Below, piece after piece: positions 16,473 to 24,373 of a stretch of DNA of 24,896 nt. This DNA is from an uncultured Candidatus Bathyarchaeia archaeon (GTDB lineage: Archaea; Thermoproteota; Bathyarchaeia; TCS64), in assembly GCA_964594895.1 (NCBI GenBank), contig CAZQOX010000001.1, positions 1 to 24,896 on the forward strand, given 5' to 3'. Position 1 is the first letter of the stretch. The number at the start of each line of letters is the position of its first letter. Under the pieces are notes generated by a model. It worked only from the letters and a program-made list of their open reading frames with translations. It searched no databases and was not told the DNA's origin. The translations under genes were made by a program, and so were the position numbers.

Positions 16473-16901
16473 CTACTCTACAGGGACGCGGTGGATATCG
16501 TACTCCCCGGGCTTCCGGTAGCTGAAGCCCGTGTGCTCTAGTTTGATGAGCACGTAGTCAGGGTGGTCGACGGTGTCAAAGAAGTTCTTGGCCCAGCCGA
16601 TCAGGTCGTAGACCCTCGTCTTGGTATCCTTGTCTTCTACCTCGGTGGCCACACCTTCACCCCGTATGAAGCCGTTTCCAGCGTCGCCCTCCAGCGTCAT
16701 ATAGTACTCGACCCTTGGGTTCACCCTGATCTGGACCAGCTTGTTGGCTTGCACCCCGCCCCGGGCGCCCGTGATCATGTAGAAACCTTCGCCCATCTTG
16801 ATGAGTGTCATGGGGCGTACGCGGGGCTGCAGACCATCAGCCGTCGCGATGTAGACCACCTGCTGCTCCTTGTACCATGACAGCACTTCCTCCGCCATCA
16901 T
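16473..16901 (-). CDS. Pyridoxamine 5'-phosphate oxidase-like FMN-binding split-barrel protein
   Basis: VVYIATADGLQPRVRPM, KLVQIRVNPRVE, PDYVLIKL pattern; 142 aa. Confidence 0.85.
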   Translation of the reverse strand: MMAEEVLSWYKEQQVVYIATADGLQPRVRPMTLIKMGEGFYMITGARGGVQANKLVQIRVNPRVEYYMTLEGDAGNGFIRGEGVATEVEDKDTKTRVYDLIGWAKNFFDTVDHPDYVLIKLEHTGFSYRKPGEYDIHRVPVE

Positions 16902-17132
16902 TTTCCGTCAAAGGAACCATGACGGAGGCTCCGGATAAGTTTATCAAAAGAGTGCTCATGAAAATCCATGCCCATTCACGGAGCGCCAGCAACCGTCTAA
17001 GGCTATGCTATACACGTGGCGTTCATAGAAGTTTCTCAACGTAACAGTGATCGCCTCGTCATTCAATAATTTGTGATATGGATGTGTACGTAATCTATCC
17101 TGCTAATTGGATTCATTTCGTTTACCTACCTG

Positions 17133-17138
17133 AAAAAA
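17133..17138 (-). terminator. Oligo-T tract just downstream of mscL (archaeal-type terminator candidate)
   Basis: T6 on the minus strand a few bp after the stop codon. Confidence 0.45.
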
Positions 17139-17142
17139 GAGG

Positions 17143-17526
17143 CTACTTGAGGCTCGTCCTCTTAAGCTCCCTCATAAACCAGAACACGATCAACGCGATG
17201 ATCAGGTAGTCCAGCAGCGCCCCCGCGAAGTGTCCCATGAACAGGACCACGGGTCCCACCGTCAGCGTAGCGTCTCTCCACGCTCCGCCAGGTATGAAGA
17301 ACGTGATCACAGGCATCAGTATGTCCGCCACCAGCGCGTTCACCAGGTCCTTCGAGGCGCTGCCTATGATGAACCCGATGGCCAGCCCAACCACACCGTA
17401 CTTGTTGATGAAGTCGACGAACTCCATCCAGAGCCCCCGCGGCTCCGGCGGCGGCGCGGCTGGCTTCGCCGTCAACGCCTCCCTGATCTTCACGAGCTCC
17501 GCAAGGATTCTATCGTCCTCAGCCAA
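17143..17526 (-). CDS. mscL: Large-conductance mechanosensitive channel MscL with N-terminal extension
   Basis: EFVDFINKYGVVGLAIGFIIGSASKDLVNALVADILMPVI (S1 plus TM1); GHFAGALLDYLIIALIVFW (TM2). TTG 17526 (GGTG upstream) preferred over ATG 17547. Confidence 0.92.
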   Translation of the reverse strand: MAEDDRILAELVKIREALTAKPAAPPPEPRGLWMEFVDFINKYGVVGLAIGFIIGSASKDLVNALVADILMPVITFFIPGGAWRDATLTVGPVVLFMGHFAGALLDYLIIALIVFWFMRELKRTSLK

Positions 17527-17566
17527 GTAGACACCGTGTAGCACCATGAGTCTGCTTTACTTATTG

Positions 17567-17800
17567 CTATGGGTTGTAGGTGAACGCCAGCTCGTAGGCC
17601 TCGTACAGCGCAGTAGACTCCGTCGTGATCACGGTCTGATCCTGCAGCGTGGCTCCGTCCCACGTCGTCACCACCAGGTTGTTTGAGGAGTCCGCCGTCG
17701 CCACGATGACCTCGGGGTACTCGGCATTCGGGTTGCTCCTCACCTGGATCCACTCATGCTTGTTGGTGACGCCGCCATAGATGCTCCAGTTGTCCGTCCC
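17567..17800 (-). pseudogene. Start-less 77-codon remnant resembling the C-terminus of a beta-rich extracellular protein
   Basis: Manual translation: GTDNWSIYGGVTNKHEWIQVRSNPNAEYPEVIVATADSSNNLVVTTWDGATLQDQTVITTESTALYEAYELAFTYNP-stop. GC-rich third positions like neighbouring genes; preceded by an in-frame TAG at 17801-17803. Confidence 0.55.
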
Positions 17801-17832
17801 CTAGGGGTTCCAACCGCTTATTTAAAAATTTG

Positions 17833-17839
17833 AAAAAAA
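17833..17839 (-). terminator. Oligo-T tract downstream of the serine peptidase gene
   Basis: T7 on the minus strand about 25 bp after the stop, followed by further T-rich sequence. Confidence 0.45.
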
Positions 17840-17862
17840 CGTCGTGTGAATCGATAAAAAGG

Positions 17863-19278
17863 TTAACCAAGTGCCTTGTGGAAGCAGTACCTCTCCACGA
17901 AAAGGTCCACGTGGCCGTCCTCGTGGACCACGAACTCCACCGGAGACTTGGCGCCATCCATCAACGTGTAGAACACCGTGGACTCCAGCGAGGGGTCCTC
18001 GGGGATCAGGGGCTGAAGCGTCTCGGCGAACGGCGTCTTGGTCTCCAAGTAGAGCATCCCAGCCTTCTTCACCACGCGCACACGCTCGATGCCCTTATAG
18101 ATCTCGTACGCCCCCGTCAGCCGATCCATGCGACTCTTGATGGCCAGCCTCGGGACGGCCTCGTAAGGGTCCATGCCCAGCATTACGGCGAACACGCCCT
18201 CGGCTACGTCCTCGTAGGGCAGGCTCGCGCTGTTACCCATCATCACGACCCCCATCTCGGCGTCCGGCAGGAACGCCATGTACGCCGTGGAGACCAGTAT
18301 GCTGCCGCCGTGGCTCACCATCTTGTGCCCATGGAAGCTGGGCGTGACCCCCAGGCCGTACCCGTAGCCGTACTCGCCGTAGTAGCCGTCTGGGCGACGG
18401 ATGTGCAGCGTCTGCATCTTCTGGAACGACTCGCTGCTGGCGAGCCTCCCGCCTGGGTAGGCGCCCTTCTCTATCTGGGCGTTGAGGTACTTCGCCATCT
18501 CGTTCACGCTGCTGGCTATGCCCCCCGCCGCCGCTATGAAGCTGAAGCCGGGGTTGTCGTCGGGGTTGGGGTAGGGGAACCTGCTGGGCTCCACGGCTCC
18601 GTCCGGCTTCTTCCAGTGAGGCACTATGTGGTCGGGGTCTGCGTAGAACTCGGCGGTGTCGAGGGTCGACCGCGTCATGCCTAGGGGCTCAAGTATCTTC
18701 TCCTTTATGTACCTGTGGAACGGCATCCCGGACTTCTCCTGGATCACGTGGCCAAGCATCCTCCACGCAGCGTTATGGTAGAAGAACCTCTCCCCGGGGG
18801 GCGCCACCAGCTCGTCCTGCGCCCCGTTCACGAGCCTGTAGAAGTCCTCGGCGCTGCCCCAGGGGATGCCCGTGTCGGCGCCTACGCCCCTGTAGAGGGC
18901 TACGCTGGACGTCGCCAGGCTCGGCAGCCCCAGGCTGTGGGTCAGCAGGTGACGTATCCTTATGGGGTTCCCCGGTAGCCCCAGCTTGAAGGGTACATGT
19001 TTCTTGACGGGGTCGTCGACGCTAAGCTTGCCCTGCTCGACGAGCTGCATGATCCCGATGGCTACGAAGCTCTTGGTGATGCTGCCGATGCCGTAGAGGG
19101 TGTCCGGCGTGGCTGGGAGGTTTCTCTGGGGGTCTCGGGCCCCGAAGCCCTGAGAGTACGCCGTCTCTCCCTCCCTCACGACGGCTATGCTGAACCCGGG
19201 CATCTTCCCTTCCCGCATGTACTTGGGGGCTATGTGCTCTATCCAGTCCCGCAGCTCAGGCTGATCTTTGTCTGTCAA
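17863..19278 (-). CDS. Serine hydrolase of the beta-lactamase/peptidase S12 family, Pab87-like with C-terminal extension
   Basis: YGIGSITKSF (SxxK), LLTHSLG, FFYHN (YxN), HGGS; extra ~100 aa C-terminal domain; no signal peptide seen. Confidence 0.92.
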   Translation of the reverse strand: MTDKDQPELRDWIEHIAPKYMREGKMPGFSIAVVREGETAYSQGFGARDPQRNLPATPDTLYGIGSITKSFVAIGIMQLVEQGKLSVDDPVKKHVPFKLGLPGNPIRIRHLLTHSLGLPSLATSSVALYRGVGADTGIPWGSAEDFYRLVNGAQDELVAPPGERFFYHNAAWRMLGHVIQEKSGMPFHRYIKEKILEPLGMTRSTLDTAEFYADPDHIVPHWKKPDGAVEPSRFPYPNPDDNPGFSFIAAAGGIASSVNEMAKYLNAQIEKGAYPGGRLASSESFQKMQTLHIRRPDGYYGEYGYGYGLGVTPSFHGHKMVSHGGSILVSTAYMAFLPDAEMGVVMMGNSASLPYEDVAEGVFAVMLGMDPYEAVPRLAIKSRMDRLTGAYEIYKGIERVRVVKKAGMLYLETKTPFAETLQPLIPEDPSLESTVFYTLMDGAKSPVEFVVHEDGHVDLFVERYCFHKALG

Positions 19279-19308
19279 ACCTATCGTTGAAGACTCTGGC
19301 TTGGACTG

Positions 19309-19315
19309 TATAAAA
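19309..19315 (-). promoter_or_regulatory. TATA-box candidate for the serine peptidase gene
   Basis: TTTTATA on the minus strand 31-37 bp upstream of TTG 19278. Confidence 0.5.
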
Positions 19316-19351
19316 CATGTGTCGGAAAATGGCGGTGTTAAAAAGTTGATG

Positions 19352-19798
19352 TTACGCCAGCGCCTTTATGAGGTCGGCCTCGCTAAGGGTGCCGGCTATG
19401 CCCTCGTCGCCGATGATGAGTATATGGTCCACACCGCCGATGGCCATGACCCTTATGGCGTCCACTGCCTTGTCTTCCTCGCCGAGGACGATGCACGTGT
19501 TGGCGCCGGTGAGGCCGCACGCCTCCATGAACTCCATGGCGGATGGCTTCCTCATGAGCTCCGCGACCTTCCTGTCCCGGACCTCCATGGGCATCTCCTC
19601 GAACATGTTCTTGCCCAGCACGTAGCAGCTTATGGCGAAGAATATTTCCTCAGCGGTCACCAGCCCCATCACCAAGCCTTCGTCCATCACGACGACGACG
19701 TCCTTCCCCTTTTCCACCATCTTCTTCGACACGGCGGCTAGACCCTCTGAGGGTTTCACCACCAGTGGATCTCTCTTCATGAGGTCCTTTATCTTCAT
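19352..19798 (-). CDS. CBS-domain pair protein
   Basis: MKIKDLMKRDPLVV...GLVTAEEI and HILIIGDEGIAGTLSEADLIKAL. Start is ATG 19798 or TTG 19810. Confidence 0.88.
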   Translation of the reverse strand: MKIKDLMKRDPLVVKPSEGLAAVSKKMVEKGKDVVVVMDEGLVMGLVTAEEIFFAISCYVLGKNMFEEMPMEVRDRKVAELMRKPSAMEFMEACGLTGANTCIVLGEEDKAVDAIRVMAIGGVDHILIIGDEGIAGTLSEADLIKALA

Positions 19799-19870
19799 CC
19801 CAAGTTTCAATGCAAAACCACATGATGTTCAGGGAACTAACGTTAAAAAATGTTAGCCAAGCCTAAGGGG

Positions 19871-21100
19871 TCAATCATGGTTTAAGGTCTCAGGCACCAA
19901 AAAGTGCATGATGGGTATCCTGAACACCATGTCCACGACGAGCGGTATGACGAATATGAGGGCCGGGTAGCTGCTGTTGTACAGGTAGCCCCCCAAGATA
20001 GGCGCCCCGACCCTCACCAGGGCGCTGAACGTGTTGCTTATCCCCAGCCATCTGCCTCTCTGCTCGGGTGGAACCATCTCCATCATGAGCGTATCGTATG
20101 CGCTGCTGCTCAACGCGATCCCCCTGAGGAACCAAGCCGGAAGCAGCCAGTACGGGTGTCTGGTAAACACGACTATTATGAAGCTGAGCCACAGCGCGGG
20201 CCTCACGGAGATGAACGCGAACTTCCTCCCCCTGGTGTCGGCGAGCCGGTTCATGGGGACCGAGAACATGATCGCCGATATTATCTGCACAGTCGTCATG
20301 AGCCCGAGGACCAGCTCATCCGCGCCCTTCACCTCCGCCGCGTATAGAAACACGAAGTTCTCCATGATGCTCCAGACGAGCGCCCCCAGCGCCCCGACGA
20401 CGATCATCATCTTCAGCTTCCTGCCTCCCCTCATGACCTCAGCCATGTCGCCGAGGAAGCCCACCTTTGCGTCCTTTCTTGGTTGCGGGAGAACGTCGGT
20501 TAGCCTCATGTAGACGTAGCCGTAGACGCCGAGCATCCCCACGAGGCGAATGATGAAGAGGGGCCTGATCCCTTCTACGTTGAGGCCGCCGAAGTGGTTG
20601 ACGAGAAGGGCGGCCGGCACGGGGCTTATGAGGCCCAGTATCTGGGCTATTATCATCCTGAACCCCAGCCCGGTGGCCCTGTCCTCCGGCTTGAGCCCGT
20701 TTATCACTATGATCTGCTGGCTCCGGAACATGAGAGACATGGTGAAGGGGTTGACGACCATGGCTAACAGTATCCACCGCCAGTCCTGGGCGAAGGCGTA
20801 GAGACCTATCATCACGACGTGGAGGACCATCCCTGCGCCCATCACCCTCTTCAGGTTGTGGTTGTCGGCCACCCAGCCGACGGGCATGCTTATGATCATG
20901 TTTATGAAGGAGCTTACGCTGCTCAGGTAGCCTATCATGATGTTGTCGGCGCCCAGTGCCTTCGTGTATATGCTGCTGTAGTTGCCCGTGAGGTTGAAGA
21001 GGAACATGGCGCCGCCGCTGCGGACGATCATCATCCAGTAGTTATGGCTCTGCCTGGAGAGAAACTCCCTGACTTCGTCGACACTTTCCTTCAGCCCCAC
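19871..21100 (-). CDS. MFS transporter (paralogue of 15243-16469)
   Basis: GWVADNHNLKR and RLADTRGRK loops; shares VPPExxGRW and terminal VPETL with the first MFS. GTG 21100 (GGTG upstream) preferred over 21160. Confidence 0.92.
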   Translation of the reverse strand: MGLKESVDEVREFLSRQSHNYWMMIVRSGGAMFLFNLTGNYSSIYTKALGADNIMIGYLSSVSSFINMIISMPVGWVADNHNLKRVMGAGMVLHVVMIGLYAFAQDWRWILLAMVVNPFTMSLMFRSQQIIVINGLKPEDRATGLGFRMIIAQILGLISPVPAALLVNHFGGLNVEGIRPLFIIRLVGMLGVYGYVYMRLTDVLPQPRKDAKVGFLGDMAEVMRGGRKLKMMIVVGALGALVWSIMENFVFLYAAEVKGADELVLGLMTTVQIISAIMFSVPMNRLADTRGRKFAFISVRPALWLSFIIVVFTRHPYWLLPAWFLRGIALSSSAYDTLMMEMVPPEQRGRWLGISNTFSALVRVGAPILGGYLYNSSYPALIFVIPLVVDMVFRIPIMHFLVPETLNHD

Positions 21101-21178
21101 AGAACCGCACCCAAATAGACTTGTTACTTGATGTTGTGCCTCGATAAAAACTGGACGCATCTAACGCTGACTGAATAA

Positions 21179-21184
21179 TTATAT
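21179..21184 (+). promoter_or_regulatory. TATA-box candidate for the TIGR04076-like gene
   Basis: TTATAT 24-29 bp upstream of ATG 21208, in an AT-rich divergent spacer. Confidence 0.5.
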
Positions 21185-21207
21185 TCAGCCATTAACAAGC
21201 AGCATGC

Positions 21208-21480
21208 ATGGTGAAAGTGGAGGCAAGGGTCATCAGTCAAGAGGGTCACTGCGAAGCCGGGCACAGAGTCGGCGACGAGATAGTGTTCGACTGGGACACC
21301 CACGAGATAGAAGGGAGAATCTGTCTACACGCACTGTACTCGACGCTGCCCAAGATATACGCCTTAGCCCATGGAGCCGACGTAGCCTTCGCGGTGTCAG
21401 ATGACGGGTCCAGGGTTGCGAGGCACGCGTGCCCAGACGGCTACAACCCTGTGATATTCGAGCTCAAGAGGATCGGTTAA
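21208..21480 (+). CDS. TIGR04076-family-like small protein
   Basis: VISQEGHCEAGHRVGD...ICLHAL...ACPDGYNPVIFELKRI, the three-Cys pattern I associate with this family. Confidence 0.78.
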   Translation: MVKVEARVISQEGHCEAGHRVGDEIVFDWDTHEIEGRICLHALYSTLPKIYALAHGADVAFAVSDDGSRVARHACPDGYNPVIFELKRIG

Positions 21481-22679
21481 ACCGTTTCATCGGGCCTCAC
21501 ACGGTCTCTCACCAGGAAGGCGAGCAGACCAACGTCAATCACCGCCAGCACCAGGTTCACAAGCATAGGCATGTGGTAGCCGTAGGCGTCGTAGAGTATG
21601 CCTCCTATCAAGGGTCCGGGGAGCGCCACTAGGCCCCTGAAGGTCGCGTACCCGCCTATGGACTTCGCCCTCTCCTCCGGGTCCACGTTCTGCGCTATCC
21701 ACGCCTGCTCGGCTGGAGCCCAGAACGCGGCGCTGAAGCCCATCAGCACGTTCGCCGCCATCGTCACGGGGAAGCTCTGGTTGAGCAGCAGCGAAGCGAG
21801 CAGTATGCATGACAGCGCCTGGCTTATAACCAGGTACTTCACGTAGCCCACCCTGTCCAGATACCTGCCGAGGACGACTTGGAACAGCGCCATGGTCCCC
21901 GCGTTCACCGCTGTCATCAACCCGAGCATCCCGGGTGTGAAGCTGAACGCGTCCGTCAGCAGCCCGTTGATGAGCCTCCAGCCCACGCTGAACGCGAAGA
22001 GGTCGACAGACATTGCTACGTAGAAACCCCAGAGGTACTTGGGCGGCCTGAACGTGTCCAGCAGCGATCCCCATACCTGGCTCAAGGTGAAAGACGCCGA
22101 GGACGCTCTTTCCCGGGTCTCCCCGATCTTGAGCACCGTCACCAGCAGCGACGTGAACGCGAAGAAAGTCGCGAGAGAAAAAACCATTCTATAGCCCACG
22201 TTATCCGCCAGCCACCCCGCGGCGAGGGTACCGAGGAGCCCTGTCGCCATGTAGCAGCTCCCCAGGATGCTGTAGACTCTTCCTAGCTCGTTGCTCCTCG
22301 CAGACTCGGTCACCACCGCCTGCCACACCGGGATCATGGCTACGCTTAACCCTAACAGCGTCATGCCCACAGCGAGGAGAAGCCACGATCGTGCGAACAA
22401 GAAGCATAAGCCGGAAAGGAGAATGAGGGCGTCCCTAGTGATCAGAAATGGCTTCCTACCGTAGACGTCCGAGGCGGCCCCAAGCACAGGCTGGACGACA
22501 ATCTTGGCCAGGTCCATGAGGCTCTCGAGTGCTCCGATGCTTCTAATGGAGATGCCGAGGCTCAGCGCATAGGGCTGCCATACGACGACCCTGAGGTTAT
22601 CTATCATCCCTCGGAGAGCCGTAACCACGGCCAAGTAGAGTATCTGCTTCTCCTCGCGGATGGGTTTGAGTGTGGCCAA
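21477..22679 (-). CDS. MFS transporter
   Basis: GAASDVYGRKP, GWLADNVGYR and GRYLDRVG motif-A loops; about 12 TM segments; TTG start. Confidence 0.92.
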   Translation of the reverse strand: MATLKPIREEKQILYLAVVTALRGMIDNLRVVVWQPYALSLGISIRSIGALESLMDLAKIVVQPVLGAASDVYGRKPFLITRDALILLSGLCFLFARSWLLLAVGMTLLGLSVAMIPVWQAVVTESARSNELGRVYSILGSCYMATGLLGTLAAGWLADNVGYRMVFSLATFFAFTSLLVTVLKIGETRERASSASFTLSQVWGSLLDTFRPPKYLWGFYVAMSVDLFAFSVGWRLINGLLTDAFSFTPGMLGLMTAVNAGTMALFQVVLGRYLDRVGYVKYLVISQALSCILLASLLLNQSFPVTMAANVLMGFSAAFWAPAEQAWIAQNVDPEERAKSIGGYATFRGLVALPGPLIGGILYDAYGYHMPMLVNLVLAVIDVGLLAFLVRDRVRPDETV

Positions 22680-22729
22680 ATCCCTTCAACGGCGATACTG
22701 AACAGGGGCCTCTCATTTAACCCTAACTG

Positions 22730-22735
22730 AAAAAA
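22730..22735 (-). terminator. Oligo-T tract downstream of pfpI
   Basis: T6 on the minus strand a few bp after the stop codon. Confidence 0.4.
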
Positions 22736-22741
22736 TGGGGG

Positions 22742-23248
22742 CTACTCAAGCTGCTTGAGGATCGCGGGGAGCCAGGCCGGCATGTCCGGCGGGAAGCGGC
22801 TTGTCACCAGGTTGCCGTCGACGACCACGGGCTCGTCCACGTAGACCCCGCCAGCGTTCTTCACGTCGGTCGAGACGCTCCGCACACACGTGAGCCTGCG
22901 GCCCTCCACGACCTCCGCCTCTATGAGCATCTGGGCGGCGTGACATATGGCTCCGATGACCAGTCCGCCGCTGTCGGCGTCTCTGACCAGCCTCACCATC
23001 TCCTCCTTGGTCCTCATCCGGTCGGGGGCCCAGCCCCCAGGGATGACGAGCACCTTGAAGTCGTTGACGTCGATGTCACCCGGCTCCTTCGTGGACTTTA
23101 CGCTTCCGCCCTTCTTGCCGCTGTACGTCTCGTCGGCCCTGGGGCCCACGACCTCCACCTCGTAGCCCGCCTCCTGAAGCCTGTAGTAGGGGTACAGGAG
23201 CTCGACGTCCTCGAAGCCGTTATCAACCAGTATGATTGCCCTGTCCAT
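22742..23248 (-). CDS. pfpI: DJ-1/PfpI family protein (intracellular protease / glyoxalase III-like)
   Basis: GFEDVELLYP, LVIPGGWAPDRMR, AICHAAQML (nucleophile Cys), VVVDGNLVTSRFPPD. Confidence 0.93.
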   Translation of the reverse strand: MDRAIILVDNGFEDVELLYPYYRLQEAGYEVEVVGPRADETYSGKKGGSVKSTKEPGDIDVNDFKVLVIPGGWAPDRMRTKEEMVRLVRDADSGGLVIGAICHAAQMLIEAEVVEGRRLTCVRSVSTDVKNAGGVYVDEPVVVDGNLVTSRFPPDMPAWLPAILKQLE

Positions 23249-23370
23249 ATCCCAGTCATGAATTGGACGTAACGGCCCGATATGAAGGTATACGGGTACG
23301 TTGTCTGTATGCGCCGCACACCTATTTAGCGATAAATCCGTGGTCTGCTCATCTGTATCGGGTGTCGATT

Positions 23371-23526
23371 ATGGTAGAGCTGTGTGGTAGATGCGGGGAG
23401 CCCATCCGGGGGTTCAAGGGGTACGATCCGGAGATAGGCGAGATATGCTTCACATGCTACTTGGAGATGCTTCAGAGCCCCATTGATCAAATCGAGAAAA
23501 CGCCGCAGACGGTATTTGTAGCGTAG
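23371..23526 (+). CDS. 51-aa zinc-finger-like microprotein (CxxC...CxxC)
   Basis: MVELCGRCGEPIRGFKGYDPEIGEICFTCYLEML...; GGTG at 23361-23364 before ATG 23371; T6 tract after the stop. Confidence 0.65.
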   Translation: MVELCGRCGEPIRGFKGYDPEIGEICFTCYLEMLQSPIDQIEKTPQTVFVA

Positions 23527-23531
23527 CGGCC

Positions 23532-23537
23532 TTTTTT
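23532..23537 (+). terminator. Oligo-T tract after the zinc-finger micro-ORF
   Basis: TTTTTT 5 bp after the stop codon. Confidence 0.45.
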
Positions 23538-23633
23538 CACGACTCCTCACATCAGCCCTACTGACGTTGCTGGCTTTTCGGTTTTTACGCTACATGTTTT
23601 AAACACGTAGAAGTTATTCTTCTGAGACTGGGA

Positions 23634-24110
23634 ATGGTTTCTGAGAAGGATATCGCGGAGTTCGGGGACCTCTGGGCCCTCATGTACTGCACCTTCGCCA
23701 GGGAGATGGTGGACAGCTTCGGCGAGGCGGGCGAGAAGGCTCTCATCCGCGCCATACAGGCGTACGGCAAGGCCCGGGGCGAGAGGCTCAAGGAGAGACA
23801 CCAGGAGCAAGGGCTTCTAGTCAACCTGCGCAGCCTCTTCGAGCACTACGACCTACCCGGACACCCCGACACGAGGAAGGAGAGGACCCACTTCACGGAC
23901 GACAAGCTGGTAAGCGACACGCATCTCTGCCCATACGAGAGGCTCTGGAGAGCGCATGCGTGCAACGACGTCGGGCTGCTATACTGCCAGCACTTCCACC
24001 ACGCGTTCTGGCAGACCTACCGCCCAGACATAGACGTGCAGATACCGGAGACACTGACCAAGGACGACCCGTACTGCAGGTTCATAGTGACACAGCCGCC
24101 TGATGACTGA
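23634..24110 (+). CDS. L-2-amino-thiazoline-4-carboxylate (ATC) hydrolase-like protein (V4R/H-NOX-related fold)
   Basis: FGEAGEKALIRAIQAYGKARGERL, HLCPYERLW, VGLLYCQHFH, ETLTKDDPYCRF; TTTTAAA about 32-38 bp upstream. Confidence 0.8.
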   Translation: MVSEKDIAEFGDLWALMYCTFAREMVDSFGEAGEKALIRAIQAYGKARGERLKERHQEQGLLVNLRSLFEHYDLPGHPDTRKERTHFTDDKLVSDTHLCPYERLWRAHACNDVGLLYCQHFHHAFWQTYRPDIDVQIPETLTKDDPYCRFIVTQPPDD

Positions 24111-24201
24111 GCCATACCAGTCTCCTTCGACTTGAGATGGAGACAGGTTTCATAAACCACAATTATATGTTAGCCTGCCTATCAGTTGCTGGGCCACTCA
24201 C

Positions 24202-24330
24202 ATGAGCGAAGAAGAGAAGCTAGAGGAGGTCGTGAGCCGCCTAAACAGGCTCCTCGCCAAACAGAGACACATCGAAGAACGGATGAAGAGGATAGAGGAA
24301 GCCGTCGAGCAGAAAGACGCCGAGGAGTAG
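24202..24330 (+). CDS. 42-aa coiled-coil microprotein (not in the ORF track)
   Basis: MSEEEKLEEVVSRLNRLLAKQRHIEERMKRIEEAVEQKDAEE; clear heptad pattern; TTATAT about 35 bp upstream. Confidence 0.6.
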   Translation: MSEEEKLEEVVSRLNRLLAKQRHIEERMKRIEEAVEQKDAEE

Positions 24331-24373
24331 AGGCAACCACTCTCGACCCGTTTTTAAGTCAAGACCGTCATCA

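Noticed and set aside
17490-17753. 87-aa ORF upstream of mscL
   Set aside because: Wrong frame; the gene-like frame here is the start-less one at 17567-17800.
17863-19278. Antibiotic-resistance beta-lactamase
   Set aside because: The SxxK/YxN fold is shared with peptidases and esterases; no signal peptide, and the C-terminal extension fits Pab87-like peptidases.
2227-22407. Numerous overlapping 60-285 aa ORFs (e.g. 2718-3557, 7335-7841, 12748-13227, 15926-16462, 17830-18684, 21535-22074)
   Set aside because: Off-frame or antisense to genes with strong family motifs; Arg/Gly/Pro-rich composition typical of GC-rich shadow frames.
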